Shown: positions 19,701-28,071 of the stretch, piece by piece
Position numbering within the stretch: position 1 is the stretch's first letter
How the letters are laid out: each line of letters starts with the position of its first letter
NCBI GenBank assembly: GCA_964354155.1
Contig: CAYGYG010000013.1
Span: 3,696 to 67,695 of the forward strand
Source: an uncultured bacterium
Lineage (GTDB): Bacteria > Hydrothermota > Tepidihabitantia > SM23-42 > CAYGYG01
Length of the DNA stretch: 64,000 nucleotides
Reading direction: 5' to 3'
Translations under genes and position numbers: made by a program
The notes under the pieces: generated by a model
Told to the model about the DNA's origin: nothing
The model's database searches: none
The model's input: the letters and a program-made list of their open reading frames with translations, nothing else

Positions 19701-20497
19701 ACCGCTATACCGACGTCTCGCTCGAGCAGAAGTCAGTGGCGTTCTTGAGGAAACTCTATAATACCAACGCGGCATTTGCCGATGCGGTACTCCACCGGCT
19801 CCGCTATATTCTCAAGAAGAAGCCGGACATAATCGACGGCTACTTCCTGACCGCCGACATTCTGAGCGCCCAGAACGATTTCCAGCGGGCCCGCGAAGCG
19901 CTCGAGTTCGGCGAGCGTTACGCTACCGGGATTCAGGACAAGGTCGAACTGCGGCTCCGGCTTGCGAATTTGCTCAACCTGCTGGGCGACCGCGCCGGAG
20001 TGAGCAGCACGCTGATGAAAGCGCTGCGCATCGCGCAGAACAAAGGCTCGGTTTACCAAACCATCAGACAATTGCATGAGAAGAGCCTGACCAACCGCCT
20101 CGAGGTGCTGCGCCGCGAGACGAACGAAGACAGCCGTCTCGAGATGGTGCGTATCCACCTGGCGTTGGGTCAGCTCGATGAGGCGGAACAGTTTCTCGTT
20201 TTCGTACCCTCGGGCAACGAAGTGCGCCGCGCCCAGGCGCTGCTGAGGGCACGGGTCTACCTGGCGCGGAATCGCGCCCTCGACGCCCTTGAAGTCTTGA
20301 GGCCGCACAAGGACGATGAGCGGATCGCCCTGGCGTTAGCTGATGCCCACGAAAGCATGGGTAACTACGCGGCGGCGGTTGCGACACTCAAGGCGCTGGG
20401 CCGGCCTGAATTTCTCGGCCGCATCAAGGTGGATGAGACGAAATTGATTGAATCTTTGCTATCGGGCAAGAAACGGGTCTTAGAAGGGAGGCGCTAA
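16721..20497 (+). CDS. Very large tetratricopeptide-repeat protein (1258 aa)
   Basis: Many TPR-like helical repeats (ALGDAYL, LGLVYLKKG, AHFALGRAY). No signal peptide. Confidence 0.85.
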   Translation: MLEFFSSHDREKILEKARKLKADGRVEQAIKTLESSVSSSPEDFDLYLELGRYCFEGGRRIDAVAALRKALALDSQRADEVVGTLTDLHYRGSSPIETGDALLEMYIVRRDFEEVERTLKSLSTKDLQFLETRYLKIFENTYKNKNPAEYTARETNILLQLASVEIFIGRMERGFELAEKFLGVKESERPAVQNWAKSVCRWKWGKALSQFYLMRLLLAAQKYEEALQVAQRAVEFDKTYSLRIHEEFAKVALPPKIQVEFLSFLSSLEVGAKDIDGAIANLNRLLNLDTGRTDDVIRGFRDLLRMAPKESKVIFALGDAYLHAKRSGLAVEEYAKVLEIDPEKTDEVLSRYQAVLKVDSKNPQVIAALVEGYLAKNDIAKATEVIDQSYQADPGLIEEYLPNLNTILDRDMNNMKALNLLGLVYLKKGEIDNAILIFENLLSRGSEGQVLAEAGSRAVLLAMSDSIPALKVLTDALLLQGRGPEALKLIGGRVKADPATALELVAKLDAILKADPALIESGRGIYEEFKIQDEFLVGLVVGRSFAYQKNYARAQESFQKCLALDPARHDLVKKVLMELVQDDSKAVPLMVYIARIFLKEGDIEKSARFFRAAQMVDPSIFAEIIDDFYDIVKAHPEDVMMRRLLVESLLNKGLFDRTIEECRITTEAVSPADGAYFHLKQAQAMLAKGRLTDAVRPFMLAQEHNVNFTNEVIGGLEKILSIDKNNIAAHFALGRAYGAARMVNKAVEELLLTARIVPTRVSYVMDELKRLETLAPANAMVHFAQGLLHVSQKNLKEGIGELDQAREMDKSLLDKIIPVYEKLETEGTSPELLLSQARAYSDKGSYNFAVDFFRKAFESDPGRLEQIVSGLKTICTVQPDNAEARRLLARIYFDYNALDDAVSVAREIYGSSATHRIWAIDFAREVLTKNPQHIPTYYFLAELCFDEGKFKEGIETLERLRGFAPHEVPAMIDRAEAVYQNNQYVPEIVIFLADRYTDVSLEQKSVAFLRKLYNTNAAFADAVLHRLRYILKKKPDIIDGYFLTADILSAQNDFQRAREALEFGERYATGIQDKVELRLRLANLLNLLGDRAGVSSTLMKALRIAQNKGSVYQTIRQLHEKSLTNRLEVLRRETNEDSRLEMVRIHLALGQLDEAEQFLVFVPSGNEVRRAQALLRARVYLARNRALDALEVLRPHKDDERIALALADAHESMGNYAAAVATLKALGRPEFLGRIKVDETKLIESLLSGKKRVLEGRR

Positions 20498-22851
20498 TGA
20501 AATGCCCCTTTGTGTCCAGGGTCGTAAGGAAGATTACTTCGAGAGTGGATGCCCAGGGAAAAGTAATCGGGGATGATGTCGTCGAAACCAACGAAACGGC
20601 GGAATGCCTGCGCGACGAGTGCATGGTCTATGATAAGTCCAACGCGAGTTGCTCGCTCTTTGTCTCTAACTTGAGGGCCGGCCAGCTTCTGGCCGAACTG
20701 AAGAAGAGCAGCACGGAAATGGGGAAGGCGCTGTTTGAGCGCACCGAGACCCTGGGCGTCATCTACTCGACCAATTTTCAGACGCTGCAGGATGCGGTGT
20801 TGTCCAAGCTCGACCTGATTCGTAAGAGCAACGAGATCATGGCGATGGGGTTGGATCGCACGAGCGGTAGTCTCGCCGAAATCATCGAAAGTATCGGCAA
20901 ATTGAACATACCGTTGTCGGCCAACGCGGAGAGCGGCAAGACGCTGGAGAAACTGATCGGCGTAATGGATAACGGGCTCAGGAACGGCCTGGCGTCGCTC
21001 AGTACCGATTTGAAAGGCGTCCTGATCACGGTGCATAACGAGAGCAAGCAGAGCCTGGCCCAGCTGGGTGAAGCCTTGAAGAAGGATTTGACCCCGATGG
21101 TCGAAGACCTGAAGAGCGTCCGCGCCGCCAGCGAAATTTTTGTCCAGTTTACGAACAACGCCCTGGGCGGGATCGGCGATATCTCCAAGAGTGTCGACCT
21201 GCTTGACGTCCACGTGAACAACGCCTTCAAGGAACTTGGTACGAGAGTGGAGAGCGACATCAAGTTCCAGGGCGAAGTCGCCGGACAGGAAACGCAGAAG
21301 GCGCTCAAGGTGAGCGAGCATTTGGTGGAGCTTTCCTCGAGCACGGTCAATTCCTTGAGCGAGGTTCTGAACAAGATTGGGACGGTTGGTGAGCAGCTGT
21401 CGGGTCGGCTCGGGAATCTCGACGAGCACACCGCCGCCGTGCTCAAGGAGACGGCGAGCGGCCTCGGCGATTATTTGAGGCATGAACTCCAGCCGGTGGC
21501 GCATGAGCTGGTTGCCGGCCGGGCGGCGAGCGAGGCGGCACTTCAGTCTTTAAATATGGTGATCAACAGCCTGACCGATGTGTTCAAGGGCGTCACGACC
21601 CTCGACGAGACGGCGACCAAGGGGCTGGGCACGGTCGCGGTCGGTCTTGAGGCGGTTGCCGGGCAGGTCGGGAATCTCGGGGGCAAGCTTGACGGCATGG
21701 AGAAAAATATGGTTGTGGTCGGAGCCCAGCAGCAAGCTGCCTTCGATGGTTTCGCCCAGAGTGTCAAAGATATGGCCGCGGCGCTGGACAAGTCCTACCA
21801 GTCGATTGTCCAGTACGCCGGCCAGCAGACCGAAATGTCGTCCAGCGTCGTCATCCATTTCAAGGCGCTTGAAGACAGCCTGCGGGCCATGTCCGAAGAG
21901 GGCGATACGCCGCTGCGCGACATCGCCCACGAGCTTGAGAAACTGCAGACCATGCTCCACGACCGGCTCGAAATCTACAAAGTAGGGCTGGAAGGGCTGT
22001 TGGCGCTGGAGAAGAAGGGTTTTGACCGCAATGCCGAGGCGATCGATGCGCTCAGAGCCGAGTACGGCCAGACCGTGGTTGCGCTCACTGATGCGGCGCG
22101 TTCGATTCATGAGACCGAAACCGAGCTTAAGAGTTTCACCGGCAAGACGGCGGATGCGCTTAATGACAACATCACCCGGGTGACCAGCGAGCTGTCGATC
22201 TTCCAGACCGAGCTGGCGCGCTACATCAAGGAAAACATCGGCCGTTTCACCGAAATCGTTGAACAGCAGAAATCCATTGCCGAAGGCAGCCGGACGGCTT
22301 TCGAAAGCATGAACACGGTCTTCAAGAAGCAGGAAGAGCAACTGAAAGCCCAGGAAAGAACCAGCGTGCTCCAGCAGGCGCAGGTCCGGAACGACCGGGC
22401 GACGGTGATGTTCCACCGCGGCAACTACGACGCTGCACTGCTCGAGATTGACGAAGCGCTGAAGATTGAAGAATCGGCCGAGTATCACAACAACCGCGGC
22501 CTCATCCTGAGTGAGATGGGCCGGCCCGATGACTCCCGTAAGGCGTTCCAGAAGGCGATCGAGATGGCTCCGTCAATGAGCGAGCCTTACAATAACCTTG
22601 GTCTTTTATATCTTAAGATCAAAGACTACGACAGCGCGGTGGCCACGTTCGGCGAGGCGACAAAACGCAACATCAATTACGCCGCGGCCTTCACCAATCT
22701 GGGCCATGCCTTCGCCGCCAACGAGAGCTTCGACGAGGCAATCAAGGCCTGGGAAAAGGCGCTGACGATTGATCCGACCAATCATGACGCCCGTGAGGCT
22801 TTGAAGCTGTACAAGGAAGGCAGGGTCGATGGATATACTGCAGAGACTTAA
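20497..22851 (+). CDS. Cys-rich N-terminal head, long amphipathic coiled-coil/helical region, C-terminal TPRs
   Basis: MKCPF...CLRDEC.....C head, heptad-rich middle, HNNRGL/YNNLGL/FTNLGH TPRs. Confidence 0.8.
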   Translation: MKCPFVSRVVRKITSRVDAQGKVIGDDVVETNETAECLRDECMVYDKSNASCSLFVSNLRAGQLLAELKKSSTEMGKALFERTETLGVIYSTNFQTLQDAVLSKLDLIRKSNEIMAMGLDRTSGSLAEIIESIGKLNIPLSANAESGKTLEKLIGVMDNGLRNGLASLSTDLKGVLITVHNESKQSLAQLGEALKKDLTPMVEDLKSVRAASEIFVQFTNNALGGIGDISKSVDLLDVHVNNAFKELGTRVESDIKFQGEVAGQETQKALKVSEHLVELSSSTVNSLSEVLNKIGTVGEQLSGRLGNLDEHTAAVLKETASGLGDYLRHELQPVAHELVAGRAASEAALQSLNMVINSLTDVFKGVTTLDETATKGLGTVAVGLEAVAGQVGNLGGKLDGMEKNMVVVGAQQQAAFDGFAQSVKDMAAALDKSYQSIVQYAGQQTEMSSSVVIHFKALEDSLRAMSEEGDTPLRDIAHELEKLQTMLHDRLEIYKVGLEGLLALEKKGFDRNAEAIDALRAEYGQTVVALTDAARSIHETETELKSFTGKTADALNDNITRVTSELSIFQTELARYIKENIGRFTEIVEQQKSIAEGSRTAFESMNTVFKKQEEQLKAQERTSVLQQAQVRNDRATVMFHRGNYDAALLEIDEALKIEESAEYHNNRGLILSEMGRPDDSRKAFQKAIEMAPSMSEPYNNLGLLYLKIKDYDSAVATFGEATKRNINYAAAFTNLGHAFAANESFDEAIKAWEKALTIDPTNHDAREALKLYKEGRVDGYTAET

Positions 22852-23200
22852 GTCGCAGAAGAAAGACAAAGACAAGGGCAGCGTCCTGTCGTCGATCTTC
22901 GAAAAGACGGAAAAAGAAGAAGCGAAGAAAGACAACGCGGTTGACCCGGACATCACGCACATTGACAAGCCCAAACCGGAAGAGAAGGTTGTCTTCCGCG
23001 AAGAGCGCATCATCAGCCGGCCGCAGACTTTTCATTCGGATGGTCTGCGCGAGTTCGACCTCGAGAGCCTGAAGGCCGATGAAGGTGCAACTCTGAAAGC
23101 GGCCTGTGCCCAGAAAGTCAACGTGCTCATTATCGACGGGAAGTTCGAAGAGGCAATCGGCGAAATCACGGCGCTCGAAGCAAAGCTGGCCTCGAAGTAG
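22829..23200 (+). CDS. Hypothetical charged protein
   Basis: Overlaps the upstream stop (translational coupling). Lys/Glu-rich with a helical C-terminus. Confidence 0.65.
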   Translation: MDILQRLKSQKKDKDKGSVLSSIFEKTEKEEAKKDNAVDPDITHIDKPKPEEKVVFREERIISRPQTFHSDGLREFDLESLKADEGATLKAACAQKVNVLIIDGKFEEAIGEITALEAKLASK

Positions 23201-23408
23201 CTGTCGAGCAATTTGGCAATCAGGCAACTAAGCTATCAGGCAATTGTGCGATCGAGTTAATAAGCTATTAAGCTATGGAGCTATTGATCCTTAACTCATT
23301 GCTGCTCTTTTCGCTACTCGCTACTCTCTACTTCGGGCTCTCTACTCCCTGCATTCTCCCCGCTACCTGGCATAACCCATAACCCATAAGCCATTGCGCT
23401 AAATCGGT
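23201..23408. repeat. Short-period degenerate repeat tract (GGCAAT, AAGCTAT, CTACTC, CATAACC)
   Basis: Related tracts at 30960-30985, 35515-35545, 37808-37847 and 43255-43310. Confidence 0.6.
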
Positions 23409-25046
23409 ATGGCTTCCCTCGACACCAAATTCCTTTTCGTCACCGGCGGCGGCGCCGCGTCGCTGGGCAAGGGCTTGATCAGCGCTTCGATCGGGCTGTT
23501 GCTCAAGTCGCGCGGCCTGCGCGTCGCGATCCAGCGGGTTGATCCCTATCTCAATGTCGACAAACGCACCGTGGACCCGGCGCTGCACGGCGAGATTTAC
23601 CTGACCGAAGACGGGGGCGAGGTCAGTTTTCACGTCGGCGATTACGAACGTTTTCTCAATGAGCCGCAGAGTTCGGAGCATTCGATCACGGTCGGTCAAA
23701 TCTACCACTCGGTCCTGCTCAAGGAGCGGCGCGGCGGGTACGGCGGCCACCTGGTCCGCATACGGCCGGACGTGGTCGACGAGATCAAGGCGCGCCTGAC
23801 GCGGCCGGCGCTGGCCAAGAAACCGGACGTGCTCATCACCGAGATCGGCGGCAGCATCAATGACATCGACACCCTGCCGTTTCTCGAGGCCTCCCGGCAG
23901 TTGTCGATTGAGCTTGAGGCCGATGACGTGCTGTTCATTCACATCGTCCTGGTGCCTTATGTCCGGGTGTCGAAGCGGTACGAGACCAGCGGTGCCTGTC
24001 AGAGCATCCGTGATTTGCGGTCGTGGGGGATTGAACCGAAAGTGGTCATTGCCCGCTCGGAATCGCCGTTGCCCAGCGCGTCACGGCAGGAGATTTCGCT
24101 GGTCAGCAGCGTGCCGATCGACGCCATTTTCGAGGCGGTGGATGTCGAGAGCATCTACGAGATCCCGCAGAACTTGCATCGGCAGGGACTGGACCGCACC
24201 ATCGCCAAGGTCGTCAACCTCAAGACCAAGGAGCCGGACTTCACCGAATGGAACCTGTTTCTCCAGCGTATGAAGACGCCCTTCCGCGTCTGCGAGGTTG
24301 CGGTCTGCGGCTCGACGACGATGCACCGCAACTCCCACCGCAGTCTGGTTGAGGCCTTGAATCACGCCGCGGTTGCCAACAACATCAGGTTAAGACTGTA
24401 CTGGCTGGATACGAGCACCGTGACCAATCCCGAGCAGATCGCGACGATGTTGCAGAGTGTGGCCGGCGTTATCCTGGTCGGGACCGCGGTCGGGCCGAGT
24501 ATGGACGGGGAGATCAACGTGAGTGAATACGCGCGGACCCAGGGTAAGCCGTTTGTCGGCATCGATTTGGGATGCCATGCGGCCCTGATTGAATTCGCGC
24601 GCAACGTCGGCGGCTTGAGGCACGCCGATACCCAGGAACTCAATGAGAACAGCCGAGTTCCGCTCATCCAGGCGGTGAGCAATCCCCGGCGGCCGGCCGA
24701 GGCACTGAGTGGGGGTGCGATGCGGCTCGGCTCCTGTGCGGTGAGTCTCGTCGACAATACCCTGGCCAGTCAGATTTACCGCAAGCGCGAGGTCACGGAA
24801 CGTTTCCGGCATTGTTTCGCCCTCAATCCGAAATATGTCAAAAGGTTGGCCAAGGCAGGGATGGTGGCGAGCGGGATCTCGTCGCGGCGACGGTGCCACG
24901 ATTTCTTCGAGCTCAAAGCGCACCCGTTTTTCGTCGGCGTCCAATATCACCCGGAATATCGTTCAACGCCCCTCGCACCGCATCCGATCTTCTACCAATT
25001 CCTTAAAAAGGTGATCAAGCTCGCCGAAACGGTTAGCGGCAAGTAG
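23409..25046 (+). CDS. CTP synthase (PyrG)-like protein with degenerate active sites
   Basis: Colinear with PyrG (FVTGG..SLGKG, DPYLNVD, YERF, EIGG, MRLG, QYHPE). GICLG is replaced by GIDLG, PGGFG by VGTAV and KTKPTQ by ETSGAC. Confidence 0.85.
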   Translation: MASLDTKFLFVTGGGAASLGKGLISASIGLLLKSRGLRVAIQRVDPYLNVDKRTVDPALHGEIYLTEDGGEVSFHVGDYERFLNEPQSSEHSITVGQIYHSVLLKERRGGYGGHLVRIRPDVVDEIKARLTRPALAKKPDVLITEIGGSINDIDTLPFLEASRQLSIELEADDVLFIHIVLVPYVRVSKRYETSGACQSIRDLRSWGIEPKVVIARSESPLPSASRQEISLVSSVPIDAIFEAVDVESIYEIPQNLHRQGLDRTIAKVVNLKTKEPDFTEWNLFLQRMKTPFRVCEVAVCGSTTMHRNSHRSLVEALNHAAVANNIRLRLYWLDTSTVTNPEQIATMLQSVAGVILVGTAVGPSMDGEINVSEYARTQGKPFVGIDLGCHAALIEFARNVGGLRHADTQELNENSRVPLIQAVSNPRRPAEALSGGAMRLGSCAVSLVDNTLASQIYRKREVTERFRHCFALNPKYVKRLAKAGMVASGISSRRRCHDFFELKAHPFFVGVQYHPEYRSTPLAPHPIFYQFLKKVIKLAETVSGK

Positions 25047-25186
25047 GGGAGAGGAATGCAAGAATGCCCTTCGGGCGGAATCCACGTACGAAGCGTTGAA
25101 ATCGTCTCGGCGAGACGGAATCGGCCCTTTCGGGCGGAACGAATCAGTACTTGATCACTGTAATCGTGTTTTCTTATCACAGCCTG

Positions 25187-25214
25187 CCCCGTTAGACTGG
25201 AAGTCTAAACGGGG
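25187..25214 (+). repeat. 28-bp hairpin repeat CCCCGTTAGACTGGAAGTCTAAACGGGG, copy 1
   Basis: Identical copies at 25339, 31149, 36206 and 42125; 5'-truncated copy at 40723. Confidence 0.9.
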
Positions 25215-25237
25215 TAATCGACGATGTTTCATCGCTC

Positions 25238-25265
25238 TTGACATTGCCGTCTTTCGCACTATACT
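25238..25265 (+). promoter_or_regulatory. Promoter TTGACA-N16-TATACT between two hairpin repeats
   Basis: Near-consensus hexamers. Confidence 0.6.
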
Positions 25266-25338
25266 TCCGTGATTAACACTGTCACCGTAGCTCTTTGAAA
25301 ACACCATTAACTCCGTTCCGATGCTTCATCGCTGCCGG

Positions 25339-25366
25339 CCCCGTTAGACTGGAAGTCTAAACGGGG
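25339..25366 (+). repeat. 28-bp hairpin repeat, copy 2
   Basis: Identical to copy 1. A diverged copy follows at 25428-25458. Confidence 0.9.
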
Positions 25367-25522
25367 TCATTGCGAGGCCGTAGGCCGCGGCAATCTCATC
25401 CATTCATCTCTGTAAGCGGTCGTTTCACCCCGTTAGATATGGCAATGTCTAATCCGGGTCACTCTGAGTGAGACGAAGAGTCTCAATTAGATCCTTCGTC
25501 CCGGACGGGACTCAGGATGACA
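25366..25522 (+). repeat. REP/MITE-like palindromic elements (GTCATTGCGAG..GGCAATCT and GTCACTCTGAG..AGATCCTTCG..CTCAGGATGACA)
   Basis: Both match widespread miniature palindromic repeat types. The second is self-complementary at its ends (GTCACTCTGAG/CTCAGGATGAC). Confidence 0.6.
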
Positions 25523-25579
25523 GCTAGAGCCAACGAATTGCCTCAATAGCCAATTACCAACAACAACCAAGGAGCTAAC

Positions 25580-27568
25580 ATGAAGATTTTGTCGCTTGTT
25601 TTCGTCGCTCTGGTTGCTGCCGGCTTCAGCACGCCGCCGCAACTTGATCTGGTGCGCATCGACATCAGCCACCCCGACCAGGTCAAAGAACTGGATCGGG
25701 CCGGAATCATCATCAACTCGGTCGCCCCGGATCACGTCGTCGCCGAGATCGAGCGGTCCGAGTATTTGTCCCTGGCGGCGCGTGGTTTCCACGCCAAGCT
25801 GCTCCAGGAGAATATCTCCGGGGTATACTACGCAAACAGCCTGACCAAGTCGCCGTTCGGCCGGTATCTCACCTATACCGAATTCCGGGATTCGATGATC
25901 ACGATCGCCGGCAACAATCCCGGCATATGTCGTCTCGAGACGCTGGGCACGACGGCCCAGGCCCGTCTTATTCTAAGCATGAAGATCTCAGACAACGCCG
26001 CGGTCAATGAACAGGAGCCGCCGGTCCATTTCGACGGGGACACGCACGGCGACGAGAAGTGCGGTTGGGCGGCCTGCTGGGAGATGATCAAGTACCTGGT
26101 CAGTCGCTATACCACCGACACCCTGGTCGCCCGGCTGGTCAATACCCGGGAAATCTACATCGCGCCGATGTTCAACCCGGACGGGTTCAATTCCGGCAGC
26201 CGCTACAACTCCCGCACCGTCGATTTGAATCGTAACTGGGGCTGGATGTGGGGCAACGAATCGGCCTGCGGCGCCGACTTCATGAGCGAAAACGAAACCC
26301 GGGCCTTCATGGCCCATTTCTGGCGCCACCCGTTCGCGACCTTCATCTCCTATCACGGCGGCACGTTGATGATTTCCGAGCCCTGGTCCTACACCGACCG
26401 GATGGTCCTGCCCGAGAGCGTGCTCATTCACCATCTTTCGAGAGGCTACCGTTCCTACACCAACTATCCCTATGGTCAGGGTTCGATCGTCATGTATCTC
26501 ATCAACGGCTCTTCCAAAGACTACAACTACGGCTGCGGCGGCGAGATGGGATGGTCGGTTGAAGTCTGCATGACCAAGACCCCGCCGGCCGATTCGATCG
26601 ACCGGATCTTCGCGCGCGACGGCCCGGCGATGCGCTACATCATGAACAAGGCCGGGTTCGGCATTCACGGCCGGGTCACCGATTCGGTTACCGGTGCGCC
26701 GCTCTATGCCCACATCATGGTCGGCCCGACCAACGTCATTTCTCACAGCTGTCCGACCAACGGCGACTATCACCGGTTCTACCTGCCGGGCACCTACAGC
26801 CTTACCGTCCGGGCGCCGGGCTACGACCCCAAGACGATCAGCAACGTCGTTGTACCGAACAATACGCGTGACTCGTCGGTCACGGTCAACGTCGGGCTGA
26901 GACGCAATACCACTGCCCGGGTCTATGCGACGCGGGTCATCGGCAGCCAGTGGGTGACGACCACGTCGAATCTTACTTATCCGTACCGCGCCGTAGGTCC
27001 GCAGGACGGCCAAGCCTACCAGCTGGATGCGACCAAGTGGATCGTGCTGGCGATGGACGTGCCGATCAAGAACGTCTCGGGCAATGACTTCACGGTCTAC
27101 CGGTCAAGCGGCACCGGCACGGCGACGGTGCGCATCGGCAATTCCTGGTCCGGGTCGTGGTCCATCGCCGGTACCGCCAACGCCGCCGCCACATCATTCG
27201 ACATCGCCTCAACCGGACTCGATTCGGCGCGTTACGTCCGGCTGGAAGCGGCAAGCCAGTTCATGCTCGACGCGATCGAGGCATCGCAGCGGGTCGGCGT
27301 CGCGGAAGAACCGAGGGTCGTGCCACCGGTCATCGACGATTTCCGCATCTGGCCCAACGTAATGCGGAGCGGCTCGAAAGTTAACTTCGCCAACCCGCTG
27401 GCCAAGCCCGCCGAAGTGACCATCTACAATGCCGCGGGCCGTAAGGTCTGTGCTTTGACCATCCCGGTCCGTGTCTCGAGCGTGCCCTTTGCGGACCTTG
27501 CCGCCGGCGTCTATTTCGTCGGGCTTGAGGGCGCCGCCGCGCGGGCGCGAATCACCGTCGTACAGTAG
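25580..27568 (+). CDS. Exported M14 zinc carboxypeptidase with regulatory domain and T9SS-like C-terminal tail
   Basis: Signal peptide, HGDE, NPDG..R.N...DLNRN, SYHGG, WSVE catalytic Glu, LAAGVYFV tail. Confidence 0.88.
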   Translation: MKILSLVFVALVAAGFSTPPQLDLVRIDISHPDQVKELDRAGIIINSVAPDHVVAEIERSEYLSLAARGFHAKLLQENISGVYYANSLTKSPFGRYLTYTEFRDSMITIAGNNPGICRLETLGTTAQARLILSMKISDNAAVNEQEPPVHFDGDTHGDEKCGWAACWEMIKYLVSRYTTDTLVARLVNTREIYIAPMFNPDGFNSGSRYNSRTVDLNRNWGWMWGNESACGADFMSENETRAFMAHFWRHPFATFISYHGGTLMISEPWSYTDRMVLPESVLIHHLSRGYRSYTNYPYGQGSIVMYLINGSSKDYNYGCGGEMGWSVEVCMTKTPPADSIDRIFARDGPAMRYIMNKAGFGIHGRVTDSVTGAPLYAHIMVGPTNVISHSCPTNGDYHRFYLPGTYSLTVRAPGYDPKTISNVVVPNNTRDSSVTVNVGLRRNTTARVYATRVIGSQWVTTTSNLTYPYRAVGPQDGQAYQLDATKWIVLAMDVPIKNVSGNDFTVYRSSGTGTATVRIGNSWSGSWSIAGTANAAATSFDIASTGLDSARYVRLEAASQFMLDAIEASQRVGVAEEPRVVPPVIDDFRIWPNVMRSGSKVNFANPLAKPAEVTIYNAAGRKVCALTIPVRVSSVPFADLAAGVYFVGLEGAAARARITVVQ

Positions 27569-27597
27569 GGCCTGCGAAGGAGCGAAATAGCAGCGCT

Positions 27598-27652
27598 GAC
27601 CAGATGACCAGAAGATCAGTGGGAAGGGTACCGGCAGATCAGGTGATCAGTG
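27598..27652 (-). repeat. Left inverted arm (CTGAT family) of four-helix-bundle cassette 1
   Basis: Reverse complement aligns ungapped to 28072-28126 at about 36/55 positions (hand count). Confidence 0.7.
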
Positions 27653-28062
27653 TGAAAGATGGGGGAGGATCAGAATCACAGTATAATGCTATCGCAGGTT
27701 TTGAGAGACTGTGGGTGTGGCAGAAATCACACCGGCTCATGCTTGAAGTCCACTCTCTCTGCAAGAAACTGCCCAGGATTGAGAGGTTCAAGATCAGAGA
27801 CCAGTTGGAGCGTTCCTCATGCTCGGTTCCGGACAACATCGCTGAAGGCCACACGAGCTACTACTATCAGGACAAGATCAAGAGCTTCAATATCGCCCGA
27901 AAGGAAGCAGGGGAAACCCAGAATCATATTAGGAGTCTGCAGGGCAAGGGTTACCTACCAGCCGGGGATGCTGACGATTTTGTTAAGCGTTATGAAGAGG
28001 TCATCAAAGGGATCAACGGATATATCAATTGGGTGAAAGAGAAGAAGGGCGCCCGAAAATGA
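27652..28062 (+). CDS. Four helix bundle protein (23S rRNA intervening-sequence protein/bAvd-like family)
   Basis: FE.L.VWQKSH, FKIRDQLERS..SVPDNIAEG, IARKEAGET. GTG start at 27652 after AGGTGA. Confidence 0.88.
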   Translation: MKDGGGSESQYNAIAGFERLWVWQKSHRLMLEVHSLCKKLPRIERFKIRDQLERSSCSVPDNIAEGHTSYYYQDKIKSFNIARKEAGETQNHIRSLQGKGYLPAGDADDFVKRYEEVIKGINGYINWVKEKKGARK

Positions 28063-28071
28063 ACGACACGC

